A DNA stretch of 32,000 bases from Gemmata obscuriglobus (GCF_008065095.1 NZ_CP042911.1:3360001-3392000), one strand, 5' to 3'. Positions 8,522-16,848 are shown, numbered from the stretch's first letter. A program made the numbers and translations. Notes: generated from the sequence alone by a model not told the origin.

Positions 8522-9793
8522 GTGTCGCTCCTCTCCCCCGCCCCCTCGCTCACTCGCACGGCATGGTTGACGGTCGGGCTGTTGTGGCCGGTCGCGTTGC
8601 TCAACTACCTCGACCGGCAAATGCTCTCGTCGATGAAGTTCTCGGTTATGGCCGATGTGCCCGATATCGCCACCCAGGAAAACTGGGGCTTCATGCTCGG
8701 GCAGTTCAAGTGGGTGTACGCGTTCCTCAGTCCGGTCGGCGGGTTCGTCGCGGACCGGTTCAGCCGCAGGTTCACCATTTGCGGCAGCCTGTTCGTGTGG
8801 TCCGCGGTAACGTGGGCGACCGGGCACGTCACGTCGTTCAACGAACTCTTGGTCGCGCGCTCGCTGATGGGCATCAGTGAAGCCTTTTACATCCCCGCGG
8901 CACTCGCTCTCATTGCCGACTTTCACACCCGCGGAACACGGTCTCGGGCGGTGGGCCTGCACCAGATGGCGATCTACTGTGGGGTGATCGCGGGCGGGTT
9001 CGGGGGCTACGTGGCGGACGCCCCCGACCTGGGCTGGCGGCTCGCGTTTACCGCCTGTGGCGTGTGCGGGATGCTGTACGCCGTTCCCCTCGTCCTGCTG
9101 CTTCGCGCCGCGCCGCGACCGCCCGACGCCCCGATCGAGGCGAGTCTCTCTCCCGTGCGTGCAATTCAGGAACTGTTAACGAACGTCTCGTTCGTGCTTT
9201 TGGTGCTGTACTTCACGCTTCCGGCCCTGGCGGGGTGGGTCGTGCGGGACTGGATGCCGGCCATCCTCAAGGAACAGTTCGGCATCGGTCAGGGCAGGGC
9301 AGGGGTCGCAGCCACGATCTATTGGCAGGCAGCGGCAATCGGAGGCGCGTTCCTTGGTGGATGGCTAGCGGACCGCTGGATGCGGCGTACCGAGCGCGGG
9401 CGAATCAACGTCAGTGCAATCGGCATGTGTCTCATCATCCCGGCGATGTTCGGCGTCGGGAACGCCGACACGCTCGGCGTGGCGGTCGCGTTTCTGGTGC
9501 TGTTCGGCCTCGGTTGGGGGTTCTTCGACTGCAACAACATGCCGATCCTGTGCCAGATTGTTCGACCGGAACTGCGCGCCACCGGGTACGGCATCATGAA
9601 CCTCGTCAGCATCAGTTGCGGGGGACTCGCAGACTGGGGGTTCGGCGTGCTCCGCGACCGGAACACGCCGCTGAACGTCATCTTCGGCGTGTTCGCCAGC
9701 GCGGCGGTGATTTCCGTCGCTCTCGTCCTCTTCATCCGGCCGATGGCAGAACGCGTATCTGCGCCGCGCACCCAAGCTGACGAGAAACGGTGA
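8522..9793 (+). CDS. MFS transporter
   Basis: 423-aa ORF with a GTG start preceded by AAGGAG (8505-8510). It has typical MFS signatures: LLNYLDRQMLSSM, GFVADRFSRR, and 12 hydrophobic segments. Confidence 0.85.
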   Translation: MSLLSPAPSLTRTAWLTVGLLWPVALLNYLDRQMLSSMKFSVMADVPDIATQENWGFMLGQFKWVYAFLSPVGGFVADRFSRRFTICGSLFVWSAVTWATGHVTSFNELLVARSLMGISEAFYIPAALALIADFHTRGTRSRAVGLHQMAIYCGVIAGGFGGYVADAPDLGWRLAFTACGVCGMLYAVPLVLLLRAAPRPPDAPIEASLSPVRAIQELLTNVSFVLLVLYFTLPALAGWVVRDWMPAILKEQFGIGQGRAGVAATIYWQAAAIGGAFLGGWLADRWMRRTERGRINVSAIGMCLIIPAMFGVGNADTLGVAVAFLVLFGLGWGFFDCNNMPILCQIVRPELRATGYGIMNLVSISCGGLADWGFGVLRDRNTPLNVIFGVFASAAVISVALVLFIRPMAERVSAPRTQADEKR

Positions 9794-9951
9794 CCCGTCC
9801 GCGGCACGCAGCTTCTATCCCTTTCCCGACCGCTACCGGTTCACTCAAGACGTATTAACTCGGCGGCGGGCACCGGTATTGCTTCTTAGTGAGTCGCGTT
9901 TGTGGGGAATAATGTCCCCGGAACGCTGTGGCTCACCGGGAGGGACTCTCC

Positions 9952-10170
9952 ATGAAACTGCTCCTCATGTTCGTGTGTTCGGTCCTTGTCGGGTGCGGTG
10001 TGATTTTCGGGCTGGTGAACGGAATCGTGCCGCACCTCGTCACCCCTCAGTTCTTCCCGGACGCCCACGCCGCTACGGCCCCGGAGGGTGGTTCCCAAGT
10101 TGCTGCGGGCGAAGCGACAAGAACCGCTGCCGAAAAGACGCGCGGCGCCCTTGTGGCCGGCAGTCGCTAA
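9952..10170 (+). CDS. small putative lipoprotein (72 aa)
   Basis: ATG at 9952 is preceded by GGGAGGG (9938-9944). The N-terminus MKLLLMFVCSVLVGCG has lipobox L-V-G-C. No homology recognised. Confidence 0.4.
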   Translation: MKLLLMFVCSVLVGCGVIFGLVNGIVPHLVTPQFFPDAHAATAPEGGSQVAAGEATRTAAEKTRGALVAGSR

Positions 10171-10577
10171 CAACGAGAGTCGGCGCAAGTTGCCTGCGAG
10201 CGGGCGTTACTCACGCGACCCCCAATCGCAGGCAGCCAACGCCATGTGGACCCAGACTCTCGCACTCACCCTTCAAGCCGTAATCGCCGCGGGCATGCTG
10301 TTTCAGATCGTCGCGCTTGCTCGCTGCACCATTAAAATCGTCCGCAAAGGCCGGTCCTCCCAAACGTCGTCCCGATCGGCGGTTGTCTCAAGCCGGGCGG
10401 CAACGATTCACCAGGCACCGGTGCGACGCCACCGGCGTCGGGACTATCGGATTGCTCTGCGGACCGCCCGTGTGACGCTGGCGGCCTGACGCCAGACGGC
10501 GCGCCGGTTGCTCACACCAGCCTCCCGTTCCCGCCTGATAACCGGAAACGCTTCTCCCATCTCCACGGAGGCTCGCT

Positions 10578-10892
10578 ATGCTTCGTCGCACGTTCGCCCT
10601 GGCTGCGGTCGCGGCTCTGGTGTTCGCTTTCAACCCCATTCAAGCGGAAGACACCAAACCGGGCACCCATGAGGGCAAAGTGGTTAAGGCCGAGGCCGGC
10701 AAGCTGACGATGACCGACAAGGACGGCAAGCACGAGCACACGCACACCATCCCCGCCAGCGCGAAAGTGACGTGTGACGGCAAGGAGTGTAAGGTCGAGG
10801 ATCTGAAGCCGGGGTCCAGCGTGAAGGTGGTCACCGAGAAGAAGGAAGATAAGGTGATGGTGGTTCGTGTCGAGGCGAAGAAGGCCGATTAG
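10578..10892 (+). CDS. small secreted His/Lys-rich protein (104 aa)
   Basis: GGAGG lies 7 nt upstream of the ATG. The cleavable signal peptide is MLRRTFALAAVAALVFAFNPIQA. The mature part contains HEHTHT and CDGKEC. The gene is monocistronic with a strong terminator downstream. Confidence 0.75.
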   Translation: MLRRTFALAAVAALVFAFNPIQAEDTKPGTHEGKVVKAEAGKLTMTDKDGKHEHTHTIPASAKVTCDGKECKVEDLKPGSSVKVVTEKKEDKVMVVRVEAKKAD

Positions 10893-10937
10893 CGCGCGTG
10901 GGAACACAGGTTCTCAATCCAGTTCCAGTCGAGAAAG

Positions 10938-10970
10938 GAAGCCCCGGGACACCGGGGCTTCTTTGCATTT
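10938..10970 (+). terminator. rho-independent terminator
   Basis: The stem is gaagccccgg (10938-10947) / ccggggcttc (10952-10961), a perfect 10 bp. The loop is gaca. It is followed by tttgcattt. Confidence 0.65.
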
Positions 10971-11076
10971 CGCCTCTCGGAAACTCTTGGCCGCGCCGCT
11001 TTGTCTGAGCTAAGATCGAGTTGACCCGAGCACCACCGGCCCCGCCGGATTGCACACCTCCCGCACCGGGCACCCT

Positions 11077-11808
11077 ATGGCGAGCAAACGCGCCCCGCGC
11101 GATTTCGATCCGGAAGACGAAGTTCCGCTCCCCCGTAACACCCTTTCGACAAACGGGCAGTGGTTTTTCGGCTCGCTTTACGCCGGGCTGGCCCTCATCG
11201 GGTTCAGCTTCGGCGTGTGGGCCGGTGCGAACAGACCCAAGGTCGAAATCGTTGAGGCCAAGAAAGATCCGGAACGGTCCACGGCGCAGGCGACGCCGGT
11301 CGTAAAGCCGCCGATTACTCCGACGCCCGAGCCGAAAGCCAAGGAGCCCGAACCCGAACCAATGCCCAAGGAGAAGGAAAAGGAACCGGAGCCGACTCCC
11401 GAACCCAAAAAGAAAGAACCGGAGCCCGAGCCCAAAAAGAAGGAGCCGGAACCCGCTCCCAAGAAGAAAGAGCCCGAGCCAAAGAAGGTCAACGCAAAGC
11501 CCGTCGCGTTCAAGGAATTGGAACCGATCTTCCGGTCCTACTGCAACAACTGTCACGGGGCTGCCGGCAAACCGAAGGCCGGCGTTGACCTGCGCACCGC
11601 CGCAGCCATTTTGAAGGGCGGGACGGGTGGCGCGATCGTCAAACCCGGCGACCCTGAGAACAGTCCGCTTTACCTGTCCATGAAACCGCCCGACGCGACC
11701 ATGCCGCCGGACGGGAAGCCAGGGCCGAACGAGAAGGAACTGAAGCTGATTCACGATTGGATCGCCGGCGGCGCCAAGCCACGCCGCACGGTTCGTCGTC
11801 GGCGCTGA
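11077..11808 (+). CDS. membrane-anchored protein with C-terminal PSCyt1 (planctomycete cytochrome c, CxxCH) domain and KEPEP-repeat linker
   Basis: The start is the ATG at 11077 (MASKRAPRDF...). The TM segment is WFFGSLYAGLALIGFSFGVWAG. The linker is PEPKAKEPEPEPMPKEKEKEPEPTPEPKKKEPEPEPKKKEPEPAPKKKEPEPKK. The C-terminus FRSYCNNCHG...GVDLRT...ILKGG..GAIVKPGDPENSPLYL...MPP...EKELKLIHDWIAGGA matches the PF07635 pattern. Confidence 0.8.
   Translation: MASKRAPRDFDPEDEVPLPRNTLSTNGQWFFGSLYAGLALIGFSFGVWAGANRPKVEIVEAKKDPERSTAQATPVVKPPITPTPEPKAKEPEPEPMPKEKEKEPEPTPEPKKKEPEPEPKKKEPEPAPKKKEPEPKKVNAKPVAFKELEPIFRSYCNNCHGAAGKPKAGVDLRTAAAILKGGTGGAIVKPGDPENSPLYLSMKPPDATMPPDGKPGPNEKELKLIHDWIAGGAKPRRTVRRRR
11401..11481 (+). 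repeat. three imperfect 27-nt tandem repeats (EPKKKEPEP coding)
   Basis: The three units are gaacccaaaaagaaagaaccggagccc, gagcccaaaaagaaggagccggaaccc and gctcccaagaagaaagagcccgagcca. They lie within a wider KEPEP low-complexity tract at 11326-11487. Confidence 0.7.
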
Positions 11809-11894
11809 CGCCGACCGGAGTGGTTCCACCTGTTCTTCCCGGGTTGCTGCCCTTGATGGCACCGCAACCCGGTTCTAGAAGCATGTGACCGAGG

Positions 11895-12632
11895 TCACTC
11901 ACCCAGCACGAACGCGAACAGCGCCTCGGCGGCCTTCTGGCGTTCCACCTCCAGCAGGTTCGCCTGCTCCTTCGCCACCTTGATCGCGTCTTGGAGCTTC
12001 CGCACCCGGGCCAGGATCGCGTTCTTGCGGTCGGTGGCGATGCAGCCGCTGTACACGATCTGCGTCCAGGTCCCGACCGGCACGTCCTTGGTGAACAGCT
12101 CCGTCTGAGCCGGGTGCTCCTTCGTCGCCTCGTACTTCACGATCACCGTCGGTTCCTTGCTGGTGCGTAGCGACTCGGTCGCTTTGCTCCGCAGCAGGCC
12201 GGTGTTTGGGTCGTGTACCCACTCCTCCGCCGGGTCCGGGGTCGGGAGCTTCGACACGAAGGTTTCGAGGTCGTTCACCTGCTTGTCGAGGAACAGCAGC
12301 GTGGTGACCGGTACGTTTGCCAGGATCACCTTGCCGTCCACAACGATGTCGGCCCGCGCCGACTGGTTCCCCGTGTCCTGGGTGAACACGAGGTTCCACA
12401 GCTCCGTCCACTTCTCGCGCGCCTGACGAACCAGGTCGTCGGCCCGCTGCTGGACGCGCTGGCTTTCGGGCGGGAGCTTCTGCCCGTTCACTTCGTCGAG
12501 CGGGCGGTACGTCCGCTCCCGGCCCGTGAAGAGCTGTTCCTTCTGGATCAGTTTGTACAACTCGGTGACGTGCTTCTCGGCCTCGCCCTTGCGTGCGGTG
12601 ACGACGGCGTTGATCTGGTTCAGTTTGGGCAT
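11895..12632 (-). CDS. conserved hypothetical protein (245 aa), no assigned function
   Basis: Clean ORF with non-biased composition: MPKLNQINAVVTARKGEAEKHVTELYKLIQKEQLFTGRERTYRPLDE...PPESQRVQ...ADIVVDGKVILANVPVTTLLFLDKQVNDLETFVSKLPTPDP...HPAQTELFTKDVPVGTW. From memory it resembles an uncharacterised family also seen in Actinobacteria. No motif of known function was seen. Confidence 0.85.
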   Translation of the reverse strand: MPKLNQINAVVTARKGEAEKHVTELYKLIQKEQLFTGRERTYRPLDEVNGQKLPPESQRVQQRADDLVRQAREKWTELWNLVFTQDTGNQSARADIVVDGKVILANVPVTTLLFLDKQVNDLETFVSKLPTPDPAEEWVHDPNTGLLRSKATESLRTSKEPTVIVKYEATKEHPAQTELFTKDVPVGTWTQIVYSGCIATDRKNAILARVRKLQDAIKVAKEQANLLEVERQKAAEALFAFVLGE

Positions 12633-12713
12633 GGTCTGCGAATCGGGCTGTGAGTTTGATAATGAGTCTGAGACGAAGACACGCCCGGCACACCGAGGTT
12701 CGCCGGGCCGCGG

Positions 12714-13310
12714 TCAGCGCGCCTTCTGCTCGGCGGCGAACGCAATCAATTCGGGGTAGAAGGCGTGGAAGTCCACGGCCAAGTCGGCGTCGCGTGCGAC
12801 GAGCAGCGGCATCGCGTCGGGCAGCCACATCGCGCGGTTCGGAATCCGTTCGGCGATCACCCGCGACACCCGCGCCAGGGTGTCTTGAATCCCCTCGCGC
12901 GTGGCGTAAAGGTTCAACCGGTCCTGATCGATGAATGTGCGGATGAAGTCGCGTGCGTGCCCGGGCAGCGCGCCGTGTCGGTCTTCCAGCACCGCGTAAC
13001 TGCGGGTCGCGAACGCCCTCAGCGATTCCGCGCTGTAGGTGCGCCAGTCGCGCGCGAGGATGTGGTCGTAGTAGATGTCGATAACGATCCCGGAGAACCA
13101 GCCGAACTCCCGGGAGATGCGGCTGATGCTGCGGAGGGTGATCGGGTTGCGGTCGGTGAACCCGTCAACGGCCCGGTGCAGCATGACCCCGCGCAGCACG
13201 TCCGGGGCCAGTGCCGCTAGGTCCGGGTGCCGCACGAAATCGGCCGCGATGCCGCCGGTCATGTCGCCCGCATCACCGTCGGCTAAATGCAAATGCGCCA
13301 GAAAGTTCAC
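12714..13310 (-). CDS. acpH: acyl carrier protein phosphodiesterase (AcpH family)
   Basis: 198 aa. The N-terminus MNFLAHLHLADGD...GGIAADFV, together with HRAVDGFTD and DHILARDW, is characteristic of AcpH (PF04336). Confidence 0.85.
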   Translation of the reverse strand: MNFLAHLHLADGDAGDMTGGIAADFVRHPDLAALAPDVLRGVMLHRAVDGFTDRNPITLRSISRISREFGWFSGIVIDIYYDHILARDWRTYSAESLRAFATRSYAVLEDRHGALPGHARDFIRTFIDQDRLNLYATREGIQDTLARVSRVIAERIPNRAMWLPDAMPLLVARDADLAVDFHAFYPELIAFAAEQKAR

Positions 13311-13494
13311 AAATACGCCGTGGTTGAGATCAGGAAACCGACGCCAGAAGCGGCGACGCTATACGGCTGATGTCACACGGCACGGAACCGCGTAAACACT
13401 GGCGTCTGACTCTGATACCCGATCCGGATGGCGGTCTGTCTTCGCGATCCAGGCCGGAACGCCGATCGGCGATCAGACTGGTTGCGTCTGCTCC

Positions 13495-13562
13495 TTGTGG
13501 CACAGACATTCCTGTCTGTGCGGCCTTCCCGCGTCGCACAGACAGGAATGTCTGTGCCACAA
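13495..13562. repeat. nested-palindrome (REP-like) element, copy 1
   Basis: The left arm is TTGTGGCACAGACATTCCTGTCTGTGC (13495-13521). A 14-nt spacer ggccttcccgcgtc follows. The right arm GCACAGACAGGAATGTCTGTGCCACAA (13536-13562) is the exact reverse complement. Each arm contains its own 8-bp hairpin (CACAGACA/TGTCTGTG, 4-nt loop). The arms are identical to copy 2 at 22455-22522. Confidence 0.8.
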
Positions 13563-13624
13563 AGGCAGCAGAGACAGTAGCCAACGACCGGGCCGTGGAT
13601 GAAGAAACAAAACGCACCAGAGTG

Positions 13625-14026
13625 TCAGTCCCCCTCGCGTTCGATGTTGTCGCGCGCGTCGCGAACCGCGTTCGACAACACCCGCTGCATCTCGCCCTTG
13701 GTGGTGTACGGGATCAGCAGCAGCAACAGTCTCAGCAGGAACAGGAAGAACACCCCGAGTACCAGCAGCACCCAGCACGTGACGGAGGGCGCCACCCGGT
13801 AATCGACCGTCAGCACCCACTCGCCGTCTTTCCGCCCGCGCGACAGTTTCCCGTCGATCCGCGGTTCCACGAACGTGCCCTGGAACCGCGAGGCCCGCAC
13901 CTCGAACTCGCCGCGGGAGAAGAACTTGACCCGGCCCACCCGGTCGAAGGCGTCGCGCACGGCCTCTTCCAAGTCGGCCTCGGGCTTGGACGAACGGATT
14001 CGCACCGATTCCTCGCCGCTGAACAT
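13625..14026 (-). CDS. small hypothetical protein with C-terminal TM helix (133 aa)
   Basis: This is the C-terminal part of track ORF 13625..14575, starting at ATG (complement of cat 14024-14026) with GAGG 6 nt upstream. The product is MFSGEESVRIRSSKPEADLEEAVRDAFDRV...WVLLVLGVFFLFLLRLLLLLIPY... The rest of the track ORF overlaps the ThuA gene out of frame. Confidence 0.6.
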   Translation of the reverse strand: MFSGEESVRIRSSKPEADLEEAVRDAFDRVGRVKFFSRGEFEVRASRFQGTFVEPRIDGKLSRGRKDGEWVLTVDYRVAPSVTCWVLLVLGVFFLFLLRLLLLLIPYTTKGEMQRVLSNAVRDARDNIEREGD

Positions 14027-14088
14027 ACGTAGCCTCAACGAAACGGGACTGGAACGGAGGTCGCGAGCGGCTCGCCGGAGCCGGCCTC

Positions 14089-14976
14089 TTACTTCTTCGC
14101 GCCGCTCGGGGTGGCGTCGCCTTTCGCTTGACCGGTCGCCCACCGCAGCCCGCCGAACAGGTGGGACTGGAACTTCTCGTCCTTCCACACCTTCGGGTCG
14201 TGCCCGAAGGACGTGTAGAACACCTTCCCCTTCTCCTCTTCGCGGCACCACGCGATCGCGTAGTCGCCGTCCTTCCGGACGAGGTTGCCGGGCAGTTTGG
14301 TGTTGGTCCAATCGCTCACGCTGAAGATGATGTGCAACCGCTCGCGCGAGTACGGGGCGTCCTTGAAGATGTACATCTCGTCCTGGTAGTCCATCCCGTT
14401 GGTGAAGCCGGCGGCGGCGGGGTGCTTCGGGTCCTCGACCTTCACCTTGATCTTCTGCAACCCCGACGGGTGCCCCTTGAAGTACCCGCCGATCAGGTCG
14501 CCGTAAACGGTGTCGGTGTACTGCGTGTCGGTGGCGCAGTGCGTGCCGCAGAGGGCGCCGCCGGCCTTCACCCACTCGCGCAGGTCGGTGAGTTCGGCCT
14601 TTGTCAGCGGGTTGCCGGTTGTGAAGAACAGCACCACGTCGAAGTTCTTGAGCGTCTCCTTGTTGATCCGCCCGCAGTTCTCTTTCTCAACGGGCAACTT
14701 GGTCGCGCCCCGGAACCGGTCGCTGTAAACCTGTAGCGCCGTCTTTCCACTCTTGTCTTGTGCGTCGGGGTCGCCGGTGAACCGCCAGCAGGTGACATCG
14801 AACCCGCTCGCCGGCCCGATGGCCTTCAGCACCTCTTCGGCGGTGCCAACGGACCCGTGAATGAACCCGCCGCTGTGCGTGACCAGCAGCAGCCGCTTGT
14901 TCTTATCGGCGCTCTGGGCAACGGAACCGGCACCGCACAGGGCGACGACGGCGAGGAGGAACGCGATTCTCCGCAT
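14089..14976 (-). CDS. ThuA domain-containing protein (secreted)
   Basis: The start is the internal ATG (complement 14974-14976), giving signal peptide MRRIAFLLAVVALCGAGSVAQSA. Blocks LLLVTHSGGFIHGS, FDVVLFFTTG, GGALCGTHCATDT, YFKGHP, EMYIF and VFYTSFGHD match the ThuA/PF06283 layout. The 183-codon upstream extension of the track ORF is R/W-rich and looks non-coding. Confidence 0.85.
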   Translation of the reverse strand: MRRIAFLLAVVALCGAGSVAQSADKNKRLLLVTHSGGFIHGSVGTAEEVLKAIGPASGFDVTCWRFTGDPDAQDKSGKTALQVYSDRFRGATKLPVEKENCGRINKETLKNFDVVLFFTTGNPLTKAELTDLREWVKAGGALCGTHCATDTQYTDTVYGDLIGGYFKGHPSGLQKIKVKVEDPKHPAAAGFTNGMDYQDEMYIFKDAPYSRERLHIIFSVSDWTNTKLPGNLVRKDGDYAIAWCREEEKGKVFYTSFGHDPKVWKDEKFQSHLFGGLRWATGQAKGDATPSGAKK

Positions 14977-15665
14977 GACGGGACTCCGCAGGTGGGAAAG
15001 GTGAACGGCAGGCCGACACGCGGATTGTAATCGCGTGCGGAGCGGAAACCTATCCCCAAGCCCTTCAGAACAACTGGCCGCGGGCCGCAGGCGGGCCGTC
15101 AGTATTGCTTCGGCTGGTGTGAGCCGATCTTTTGGGCCGCAGAACCACCATCGGGCAATTCGGCGACACATCGGGGTTTTCCTCCCACTACTTCCCGCTC
15201 GCGGCATTTCTCCGCCCTCGAACCACGCAAAACGGACCACCCGACACCGCGTTCCGATCCAAACCCGAAACCACTTGCGCGCATGCCACGCTTCGTAAGT
15301 TGCTGCGGAACATATTGCTACCTCCTGCCATGCTGACGCATCCGGGGCCGATCTCGAAGCATCCGCGGGTGTCGTATCCCGGTCCGAAGCCTGTGATTCG
15401 TGGGTAGCGACGACCCAGCGAAGTGGTAGCTCCGGACCAGTCCACCGGCAGCGAACGTCCAGTCGGCGACCCACCGAAGCGCGAACGGTGCGGTTGAAGT
15501 CCCGAACACCGCCAAGGCCGCCCAACAGCGCAGTACCCTAAAGACCAGATGGCACGGAGGTCCCGGCGGCGTATTGTCCGTTCAGTACGAGTTACCGGCT
15601 AATGTTTGTCGCAACGTGTCCGGCTGGAGTGGTGAGCAACCCATTTGAACGCGGAGGGCGTTGGC

Positions 15666-16091
15666 GTGATACGGAAGGACGAAACCGACTGGCGTGAGTT
15701 TCAGCGACGGATGGACGCGTTCATCGCTACGGCGTGCGCGTGCCACATGAGCGACGCCAAGTGGCGAAAGCTGTTTAGGGCGCTCGGTGAGTTGAGGGTC
15801 GGCCGCATGGCATGGAAGTTCGTCCGGTCCGACCGCATTCTCTACCAGCCTCCTCCGCCCCCGCAGGCGCTGCTGCGATCCTGCCTGGGCGACTTCGGGC
15901 TGACCGCGGGCTCGCCATACCGGGAGATCGATTGGGTTGAGGTGCCAAACGAGCGCGCCGCAGGTGTCGCGGAGGGGTTGGCAACAGTCGGTCGGTTTCC
16001 CGTCGAACGGTTGACGACGGGTTTGCGAATTGTCGGATACACGTGGCCGCGAGCAGAGACGGCCTCCGGTCCCCCACAAACTCATTCTTGA
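15666..16091 (+). CDS. hypothetical protein (141 aa), island gene A
   Basis: The frame of track ORF 15645..16091 is used. GTG at 15666 is preferred because GGAGGG (15653-15658) lies 7-8 nt upstream. The composition looks protein-like (VIRKDETDWREFQRRMDAFIATACACHMSDAKWRKLFRALGEL...). No family assigned. Confidence 0.5.
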   Translation: MIRKDETDWREFQRRMDAFIATACACHMSDAKWRKLFRALGELRVGRMAWKFVRSDRILYQPPPPPQALLRSCLGDFGLTAGSPYREIDWVEVPNERAAGVAEGLATVGRFPVERLTTGLRIVGYTWPRAETASGPPQTHS

Positions 16092-16149
16092 CCCGGTCGC
16101 GCCGGCGAAGGCAGTGCGCGACCCTGTCGTCCCACGAGGTGCGAACAGC

Positions 16150-16467
16150 ATGACGCCGCTTCAGCAGGACTTGGCACAACGGCTCCGGCACCTCACCGGA
16201 ACCGCCGGCACCCCGCGAGTCGTGTACCGGACGGAATACCTCGGGTATTTGCCGTTCGGCCAGTATCACGGGGTCACGATCGCGAGCGCGGACCGGTCTC
16301 GGGCGTTACCCGACGGTTGGGCCTGGTCTGACCTTGAAGCGCTGGCCGATGCCGGGGTTCTCGCGCGCGTCTCGGTATGGACCAACCCGCAGGACGAGTG
16401 TGAACAGGAGGCGCAGTACGACGTGATCCCACCGCCGGCTGAAGCCGAAACGAATCCGACCAAGTAA
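16150..16467 (+). CDS. hypothetical protein (105 aa), island gene B
   Basis: ATG at 16150 has GAGGTG 9 nt upstream. The product is MTPLQQDLAQRLRHLTGTAGTPRVVYRTEYLGYLPFGQYHGVTIASADRSRALPDGWAWSDLEALADAGVLARV... No family assigned. Confidence 0.5.
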   Translation: MTPLQQDLAQRLRHLTGTAGTPRVVYRTEYLGYLPFGQYHGVTIASADRSRALPDGWAWSDLEALADAGVLARVSVWTNPQDECEQEAQYDVIPPPAEAETNPTK

Positions 16468-16475
16468 CCGAAACG

Positions 16476-16775
16476 GTGTCTCGCTGCTGGCCGGGGCGTT
16501 TCCCGCCGACGTCTGTCGCGACCGGCGGGCGAGTTCGCCGCTGCAAAGAGTTCCGTGCGACGACTTGCCCGCACTGCGCAACGCGGCTCCCTGTTGTCGA
16601 CGCGTTTTGCCCCGAGTGCCGTGAGCCCATCGCCGAACCGCCAAGCGGCAACGGCCAGACCGAGGCACGGGGCACCGCGTCACCGCCCGCTCCCGCATCG
16701 GCCCCACGTCACGTTGAGTTGATCCCACGCGCGCGAACCGCGCTCGACGATCCGGGGTCACATACCAGCGTCTAA
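16476..16775 (+). CDS. putative zinc-ribbon protein (99 aa), island gene C
   Basis: A CPHC-x9-CPEC pair (TTCPHCATRLPVVDAFCPECREPI) forms a Cys4 zinc-ribbon signature. The GTG start is only 8 nt after the stop of gene B and has no SD. The Pro/Ala/Arg-rich remainder makes the coding status uncertain. Confidence 0.35.
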   Translation: MSRCWPGRFPPTSVATGGRVRRCKEFRATTCPHCATRLPVVDAFCPECREPIAEPPSGNGQTEARGTASPPAPASAPRHVELIPRARTALDDPGSHTSV

Positions 16776-16848
16776 CTCCTGCTCATCCGATCCGCCATGC
16801 CGCCGATTCGTTCGGCGGCGGTCGGTTCGTGCCCTGCACTCGGCTATT

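Noticed and set aside
8308-8604. 98-aa minus-strand ORF with a faint resemblance of ERGILVISASRPAFLYDDTFFPAVAQAIPRL to the IstB/transposition-helper C-terminus (ERGS.I.TSN..F.EW...F.D...A.AILDRL).
   Set aside because: The resemblance is short and weak. The ORF overlaps the start of the MFS gene and has no Walker motifs or neighbouring transposase. It is only mentioned as a possible gene remnant.
10244-10489. 81-aa ORF (MWTQTLALTLQAVIAAGMLFQIVALARCTIKIV...) with one hydrophobic helix.
   Set aside because: It has no RBS, an Arg/Ser-rich tail and no similarity recognised. The evidence is insufficient to call a gene.
11809-11894. Hairpin CCGGGTTGC-16 nt-GCAACCCGG between the convergent PSCyt1 and 245-aa genes as a bidirectional terminator.
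   Set aside because: The loop is large (16 nt) and there is no U/A tract on either side. It is plausible but too weak to list as a feature.
13495-13562. CRISPR array possibility for the repeated palindromic elements (13495, 22455, 24357).
   Set aside because: Each locus is a single inverted-repeat pair, not a series of direct repeats with unique spacers. The copies are kilobases apart and no cas genes are present.
14977-15525. N-terminal 183-codon extension of track ORF 14089..15525, and other ORFs in 15000-15640 (15132..15407 +, 15188..15445 -, 15318..15515 -).
   Set aside because: The ThuA domain starts with its own signal peptide at the internal ATG (14976). The upstream translation is R/W/C-rich without domain-like features. 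No alternative frame showed a recognisable protein. The region is treated as non-coding or unknown.
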